A stretch of DNA of 64,000 nt from an uncultured Burkholderiaceae bacterium (GTDB taxonomy: Bacteria; Pseudomonadota; Gammaproteobacteria; Burkholderiales; Burkholderiaceae_E): positions 176 to 64,175 of the forward strand of contig CAZDYQ010000006.1 of assembly GCA_964509685.1 (NCBI GenBank), written 5' to 3'. Below, piece after piece: positions 59,092 through 64,000 of this stretch. The position numbers and the translations under genes are program-made. Below the pieces are notes generated by a model. The model was not told the origin of the DNA. It saw only the letters and a list, made by a program, of their open reading frames with translations, and made no database searches. Within the stretch, counting starts at the first letter, position 1. Each line of letters begins with the position of its first letter.

Positions 59092-59807
59092 CGTGTCTCC
59101 TTCCGCTTGTCGTTGGCGCCACAACAGCGCTTGTACTTGCGACCGCTGCCGCAGGGGCAGGGATCGTTGCGTCCCGGCGCCGGCGCGCCGCGCCGGATGG
59201 TGGCCGGCGCGGACGCCCGGCTGCGGGCCGGCTCGTAGTGATGGTAGAAGGCGAAGGCGGAATCGATCATGTCCTCCACCACCGCCTGGCGGTCGCCCTC
59301 GATCGGCGCGACAACCTCGTCGGTGGCGAGGTCGCGCTCCTGCGCCAGCAGCTCGAACGGCTCGAGCCAGTCGGCAAGGTCCGGGTCGTCGTCGAGCCCG
59401 GCCCATTCCCCGGCCTGCGCATCGATGCCGCGCAGGAAGCCGATCGCCCACAGGTTGCCGGCCGACCGCCCTTGCTCGTCGCGCTCCATCACCGGCTCGA
59501 GGCCCTCGCCCGCATGGAGCGCGGCCGTGATGGAGAGCCTGTGCCGCCGCAGCAGGCCGGCGAGTTCCTCCGCCTCGGGCCCGGCCGGCGCCGCGGGAAC
59601 ACGTCCGGCCCCATCGGGTTCGCGCCCGCAGGCCAGGGCGAGTGCGACCTCGTCGGGGACCGGGCGGGGGCTACAGGCGAGCGCCGTGAGGAAGCCGTCG
59701 AGTTCCTCGAGCACCATCGCGGCATCGGGATCGATCGCCTCGAGCAGCGCGTCGATGCGCGCGAGTTCGTCGTCCGAAAGAGGACGGGCCGGATTGGGCT
59801 TGCGCAT
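59088..59807 (-). CDS. YecA-like protein: UPF0149 (YgfB-like) domain + C-terminal SEC-C metal-binding motif.
   Basis: Trimmed to MRKPNPARPLSDDELARIDALL at 59807. LDGFLTALACSP belongs to UPF0149. The C-terminus NDPCPCGSGRKYKRCCG is a SEC-C motif. Confidence 0.8.
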   Translation of the reverse strand: MRKPNPARPLSDDELARIDALLEAIDPDAAMVLEELDGFLTALACSPRPVPDEVALALACGREPDGAGRVPAAPAGPEAEELAGLLRRHRLSITAALHAGEGLEPVMERDEQGRSAGNLWAIGFLRGIDAQAGEWAGLDDDPDLADWLEPFELLAQERDLATDEVVAPIEGDRQAVVEDMIDSAFAFYHHYEPARSRASAPATIRRGAPAPGRNDPCPCGSGRKYKRCCGANDKRKETR

Positions 59808-59842
59808 CGCGGCAGTATAGCTTCCGCGACCGCCGCCGCGGC

Positions 59843-61003
59843 TCACAGACTGCGGCTGATCACCTCCTTCATGATCTCGTTCGTGCCGCCGTAGATGCGC
59901 TGCACGCGGGCGTCCGCGTAGGCGCGCGCGATCGGGTATTCGAGCATGAAGCCGCTGCCACCGTGCAGCTGGAGGCACTCGTCGATAACCTCGCACTGCA
60001 TGTCGGTGGACCACAGCTTGGCCATCGCGGCGGTGGTCGGGTCGAGCTTGTTCTCGAGCACCCGGCCGAGGCAGTCGTCGATGAAGCTGCGTCCCACCCG
60101 CGCCTTGGTCCTGAGCTCGGCCAGCTTGAAGCGGGTGGTCTGGAAGTCGAACACCGTCTTGCCGAAGGCCTTGCGGTTGCGCACGAAGTCGAGCGTCCAG
60201 TCGATCGCCGCTTCCGCGGTCGCGACCGCCCGCAGCGCGATCATCATCCGCTCCCAGGGCAGTTCCTGCATCAGGTAGATGAAGCCCTCGCCTTCCCGGC
60301 CGAGGAGGTTCGAGGCCGGCACGCGCACGTCGTCGAAGAAGAGCTCGGAGGTGTCCTGCGCCTTCAGGCCCAGCTTCTTGAGGCGCCGGCCCTTGGTGAA
60401 CCCCGGGGTGCCCTCCTCGACCACGATCAGGCTGGTGCCCTTCGCGCCCTTCTCGGGATCGGTCTTGACGACGACGATGACGAGGTCGCTGTTGTAGCCG
60501 TTGGTGATGTAGGTCTTGGAGCCGTTGAGGACGTAGTAGTCGCCGTCGCGCCGCGCGGTGGTGCGGACGGCCTGCAGGTCGCTGCCGGCGCCCGGCTCGG
60601 TCATCGCGATCGCGCCGATGCGCTCGCCGCGGGCCATCGGGGGCAGCCAGCGGCGCTTCTGCTCCTCGTTCGCATAGCGCAGCAGGTAGTTGGCGACAAT
60701 CTCCGAGTGCAGCGAGAAGCCGGGACCGGTCGCGCCGGACCGCGCGAACTCCTCGATGAGGATCGCGCTGTAGCGCCGGTCGACCCCGGCGCCGCCGTAC
60801 TCCTCCGGCATGGTCACGCAGAGCAGGCCCGCCTCGCCGGCGGCCAGCCAGGCGGAGCGGTCGACGTAGCCCTGCTCTTCCCACCGATCGTGGTGCGGCA
60901 GGATCTCGCGCTCGATGAACTTGCGCACCGTGTCGCGGAACTGCTCGTGGTCGCTGTCGAAGAGCGGCCGCTCGACGCCGGCTGGCAGGGTCTGGACTGT
61001 CAT
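59843..61003 (-). CDS. Acyl-CoA dehydrogenase.
   Basis: Trimmed to MTVQTLPAGVERPLFDSDHEQFRDTVRKF at 61003, preceded by CCAGGAG. Motifs AMTEPGAGSDL, NGSKTYITNG and QRIYGGTNEIMKEVISRSL. Confidence 0.9.
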   Translation of the reverse strand: MTVQTLPAGVERPLFDSDHEQFRDTVRKFIEREILPHHDRWEEQGYVDRSAWLAAGEAGLLCVTMPEEYGGAGVDRRYSAILIEEFARSGATGPGFSLHSEIVANYLLRYANEEQKRRWLPPMARGERIGAIAMTEPGAGSDLQAVRTTARRDGDYYVLNGSKTYITNGYNSDLVIVVVKTDPEKGAKGTSLIVVEEGTPGFTKGRRLKKLGLKAQDTSELFFDDVRVPASNLLGREGEGFIYLMQELPWERMMIALRAVATAEAAIDWTLDFVRNRKAFGKTVFDFQTTRFKLAELRTKARVGRSFIDDCLGRVLENKLDPTTAAMAKLWSTDMQCEVIDECLQLHGGSGFMLEYPIARAYADARVQRIYGGTNEIMKEVISRSL

Positions 61004-61164
61004 TTCTACTCCTGGAATTTTCTTGGCATCATTTCGGGAAGCCAGGGCCCGGCTCCGCCTCGCCTGCGAGTCTATCCGAAGCCCGGCGTTCCCCTTGCCA
61101 TGCCGGTGCACCGCCTCGGCGAGGCCAGTCCGAATCCTCATTTCCTATCAGGGAGACAGCAGAA

Positions 61165-62079
61165 ATGGGCAACATGCTCGAGAACAAGGTCATCGTCGTC
61201 ACCGGCGCCGGCAACGGCATAGGCCGCGATTTCGCGCTGGCGCTCGCCGCGGAGGGCGCCAAGGTCGTCGTCAACGACATCGGCGCGTCCTTGTCGGGCG
61301 AGGGCCAGGACGCCGGCCCGGCGCAGAAGGTCGTCGACGAGATCCGCAAGGCGGGCGGCGAGGCCGTCGCCAACACCGACAGCGTCGCCGACTGGCAGAG
61401 CGCCAACCGAATCGTGACCACCGCGCTCGACACCTTCGGTCGCATCGACGGGGTCATCAACAACGCCGGTATCCTGCGCGACCGCATGTTCTTCAAGATG
61501 AACGAGGAAGAGTGGCGCGCGGTGATCGATGTCCACCTCCACGGCTCGTTCTTCGTGGCCCGCGCCGCGGCGAACTACTTCAAGGACCAGAACAGCGGCG
61601 CCTACATCCACATGACCTCCACGTCGGGCCTGATCGGGAACTTCGGCCAGGCCAACTACGCGGCGGCGAAGCTGGGCATCATGGGCCTGTCGAAGTCGAT
61701 CGCGCTCGACATGTCGCGCTTCAACGTGCGCTCGAACTGCATCGCCCCCTTCGCCTGGAGCCGCATGACCAGCTCCATCCCGGCGAATACCCCGGAAGAG
61801 AAGGAACGCGTCGAGCGCATGAAGCGGATGGAGACCAACAAGATCGCCCCGCTGGCAGTGTTCCTCATGTCCGACCAGGCCAGGGACGTCACGGGCCAGG
61901 TGTTCGGGGTTCGCGCCAACGAGATCATGCTCTTCAACCACAACCGGCCGATCCGGATCGTGCACCGGTCGGAGGGCTGGACACCGCAGTCCGTGGCCGA
62001 GCATGCGATTCCCGCCATGCGCGCGAGCTTCTTCCCGCTCGATCGCTCCTCCGACGTGTTCTGCTGGGACCCGATCTGA
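61165..62079 (+). CDS. SDR-family oxidoreductase (MFE-2 / hydroxyacyl-CoA dehydrogenase-like).
   Basis: 304 aa. VIVVTGAGNGIGRDFALALA, NNAGILRD, catalytic YAAAKLGIMGLSK. Confidence 0.85.
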   Translation: MGNMLENKVIVVTGAGNGIGRDFALALAAEGAKVVVNDIGASLSGEGQDAGPAQKVVDEIRKAGGEAVANTDSVADWQSANRIVTTALDTFGRIDGVINNAGILRDRMFFKMNEEEWRAVIDVHLHGSFFVARAAANYFKDQNSGAYIHMTSTSGLIGNFGQANYAAAKLGIMGLSKSIALDMSRFNVRSNCIAPFAWSRMTSSIPANTPEEKERVERMKRMETNKIAPLAVFLMSDQARDVTGQVFGVRANEIMLFNHNRPIRIVHRSEGWTPQSVAEHAIPAMRASFFPLDRSSDVFCWDPI

Positions 62080-62098
62080 GCACCGGCACCCCGGCACC

Positions 62099-63127
62099 GT
62101 GACTCCCCGCCGCGCAGGGCGAGCCGGCCGGAGCGGCAGCGCCGCCAGGGCGCTCGCGCTGGCCGGCGCCCTCCTGGTGGCCAGCGCGCCCGCCCCGGCG
62201 GCGGGCCTGCGGGGCATCGCGCTGCAGGCCGACAACGACGAGTTCGCCGGGCCCGACCGGCACGATCGCTGGTACACCGGCGGGCTGCGCGCGACCGCCC
62301 TCTTCGACATCGAGCACGGCGGCGCCGCGCAGCGGCTCGTCGATGCATGGTGCGCGACGATCCGCTGTGCCCGCGACGGCGAAGCGCTCGGCTTCGTCAC
62401 GCTCGGGCAGAACCTCTACACCCAGGCCGACCGGCGCCGCGAGGTGCCGCAGCCCGGCGACCGCCCCGTCGGCGGGTGGCTCTACCTGCGCGGCGGCGGC
62501 GTCGTGGACGGCTCGCGACGGCACGACCTCGTCGCCTTCGAGATCGGCCTCACCGGCCCTGGCGCCCAGGGAAAGCGCGCCCAGGACGCGATGCACGATT
62601 TCCTCGGCGTCGATCGCGTGCCGGCCTGGCGATACCAGCTCAGGCCGCGTACCGGCGTGGCGCTGCGCGTCCAGTCGGCGCGCCGATTCCGGCTCGGCGA
62701 GCACAGCGACATGGTCGCCGAGGGCAGGCTCCAGCTCGGCAATGTCGACACCCATGTCGGCGCGGGCGTGGGACTGCGCTTCGGGCCGGCGCTCGACGGC
62801 GCCCGCCTGCCCGCGGAGGCGCGCGATGCCGCGCCGGGAGTCCGTGGCCCGGCCCGCTGGCATGCGGTGATCGGCATGCGCGCGAAGGCGGTGGCGTGGG
62901 ACGGCCTCGTCGAGGGGCCGGCCTACGGCTACTCGCCCACCGTCAGGGCGCGGCCCTTCGTCCTCGAGGCCTTCGCGGGCCTCGCCTGGCGCCTGCGGCG
63001 CAATCTCGACGTCGCCTTCACGCTGTCGCGACGCTCGTCGGACTTCAGCGGCGAAAGCCTTCCGGGCGGCGGCCTCGGGGGCCACACGATCGGCGCGATC
63101 CGGCTCGGCTGGCGGTTCGAGCGCTGA
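62099..63127 (+). CDS. Lipid A deacylase LpxR-family (DUF2219) outer-membrane protein.
   Basis: GTG start at 62099, in frame within ORF 62003..63127, followed by a signal peptide (ARALALAGALLVASAPAPAAG). LQADNDEFAGPDRHDRWYTGGLR matches the family N-terminal motif as I recall it. Confidence 0.65.
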   Translation: MTPRRAGRAGRSGSAARALALAGALLVASAPAPAAGLRGIALQADNDEFAGPDRHDRWYTGGLRATALFDIEHGGAAQRLVDAWCATIRCARDGEALGFVTLGQNLYTQADRRREVPQPGDRPVGGWLYLRGGGVVDGSRRHDLVAFEIGLTGPGAQGKRAQDAMHDFLGVDRVPAWRYQLRPRTGVALRVQSARRFRLGEHSDMVAEGRLQLGNVDTHVGAGVGLRFGPALDGARLPAEARDAAPGVRGPARWHAVIGMRAKAVAWDGLVEGPAYGYSPTVRARPFVLEAFAGLAWRLRRNLDVAFTLSRRSSDFSGESLPGGGLGGHTIGAIRLGWRFER

Positions 63128-63168
63128 GCGACCGGGCCGACGGACCCTGCGCGCGCCGCGCGCGAACG

Positions 63169-63753
63169 TCACGCGATGTCGGCCAGCGCATCCAGCGCCG
63201 CCTGGACCCTGGCATCGCCGGATCCCGCCACCGGCCGCCACGGTATCCGGTTCGCCTCCAGGATGTCGACGAGCCGGCGGTGGATCCGGTCGCGCGTGGG
63301 CGGGTCCATCCGCATGATGCCGTCCTCGACCCAGTCGATGTCGGGCAGGCACACGAGCGTGGCCGCGTAGCCGCGCTGGCGCTCGATCGCGCCGGGCAGC
63401 AGGCTGTGGTCGTCGAAGCAGTCCACGCTGTAGAGCGCCACCATCAGGGAGGTCGTGTCGCAGACCACCCAGCCGATGCCCCGCTCGGCGGCCGCATCGA
63501 CCGCGAAGCGTTCGCGGCGCTCCTGCTCCGCGACGATGGCGGCCTGCTCCTCCACCCGGGGCACACGTCCGGCCGTGTCGCAGAACTCGCGCAGGTACTC
63601 GGCCACCACGACGGCCCCGAGCCGCGCCGCGAGCGCCTCCGCGAGGCTCGACTTGCCGGTGGATTCCGCGCCCAGCAGCGCCACCCGCCGGGGCTGGTGC
63701 CGGCTCAGCCAGCGGCCCGTCGCGGCCGCTCCGCTCTCAGTTCCCGCAGCCAT
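63169..63753 (-). CDS. AAA-type ATPase/kinase resembling the ribosylnicotinamide-kinase domain of NadR.
   Basis: P-loop LLGAESTGKSSLAEALA, and adjacency to pnuC. The start is uncertain: ATG 63753 overlaps pnuC by 49 nt, while in-frame GTG 63684 gives no overlap. Confidence 0.65.
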   Translation of the reverse strand: MAAGTESGAAATGRWLSRHQPRRVALLGAESTGKSSLAEALAARLGAVVVAEYLREFCDTAGRVPRVEEQAAIVAEQERRERFAVDAAAERGIGWVVCDTTSLMVALYSVDCFDDHSLLPGAIERQRGYAATLVCLPDIDWVEDGIMRMDPPTRDRIHRRLVDILEANRIPWRPVAGSGDARVQAALDALADIA

Positions 63754-64000
63754 CGATGCCAGCCGAGCGCCGCGAGCACGCAGAAGATCGCATAGAGAAT
63801 CGCGGTCAGGTAGAGGGACTTGTACAGGAACAGCGCCGTGCCGGCGACGTTGACGCCGAGCCAGACCGGCCAGGCCTCGACGAGTTTACGCCCCATCAGC
63901 AGCGTCCCGAGCACGCTCCCGGCGGTGGGGAACGCATCGAACCACGGCACGTCGGTATCGGTGAAGCGCGCGAGGCCCAGGCCCAGCAGGCCCCATCCCG
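63705..64000 (-). CDS. pnuC: Nicotinamide riboside transporter PnuC; C-terminal part only, the N-terminus lies beyond the window end.
   Basis: The frame is open to the window edge. ...FTDTDVPWFDAFPTAGSVLGTLLMGRKLVEAWPVWLGVNVAGTALFLYKSLYLTAILYAIFCVLAALGWHRW matches the conserved PnuC C-terminus. Confidence 0.75.
   Translation of the reverse strand, partial: GWGLLGLGLARFTDTDVPWFDAFPTAGSVLGTLLMGRKLVEAWPVWLGVNVAGTALFLYKSLYLTAILYAIFCVLAALGWHRWLRELRAERPRRAAG

Overview
Very GC-rich, densely coding proteobacterial chromosomal segment with about 57 CDS. By eye I found no rRNA, tRNA, CRISPR array, transposase or integrase. Most long ORFs in the six-frame track are alternate-frame or antisense artefacts of the high GC content. 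Calls below were trimmed to starts supported by an RBS, gene overlaps and recognisable protein motifs.

Gene order, left to right:
- LivG-like ABC ATPase (partial), acyl-CoA ligase, Crp-family regulator, hbd.
- A minus-strand unit: OmpR-type RR, sensor HK, SrkA kinase, patatin. It is divergent from a VIT+vWA surface protein. This is the layout of a 'dedicated sortase' locus, but no sortase gene is present.
- TonB-dependent receptor, divergent from a stand-alone nirS with an FNR/Dnr box; then DUF169.
- Flavoprotein, methyltransferase and AraC regulator; YbaN.
- Iron-type cluster: DUF1513, imelysin, two tandem di-haem DHOR paralogues, imelysin. It is divergent across a Fur-box region from bfd, bfr and a flavin reductase.
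- Bcr/CflA MFS pump overlapping an NYN+LOTUS protein.
- Acyl-CoA ligase and two SDRs; a membrane-anchored orphan TAXI protein; an HDOD protein.
- prkA-yeaH-ycgB; GST, serine hydrolase, RidA, a possible OMP, DinB, LuxR.
- A TPP riboswitch in front of a TonB-dependent transporter, an HExxH protein and a small acidic secreted protein.
- Divergent GH17-GT2 (NdvB-like) and GH17-membrane (NdvC-like) glucan genes.
- YecA-like protein, amidase and a small membrane protein; acyl-CoA dehydrogenase, SDR, LpxR; NadR-like kinase and pnuC (partial).

Most noteworthy:
- The TPP riboswitch, not visible in any ORF track, and the uncharacterised genes it appears to control.
- The sortase-less sortase-system locus, translationally coupled to SrkA.
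- The NYN-LOTUS protein coupled to an efflux pump.
- A possible small ORF coupled to prkA.
- A perfect 32-bp GC palindrome in the Fur-controlled divergent promoter region.

All family assignments come from motif and sequence recognition by eye. No database search was run.
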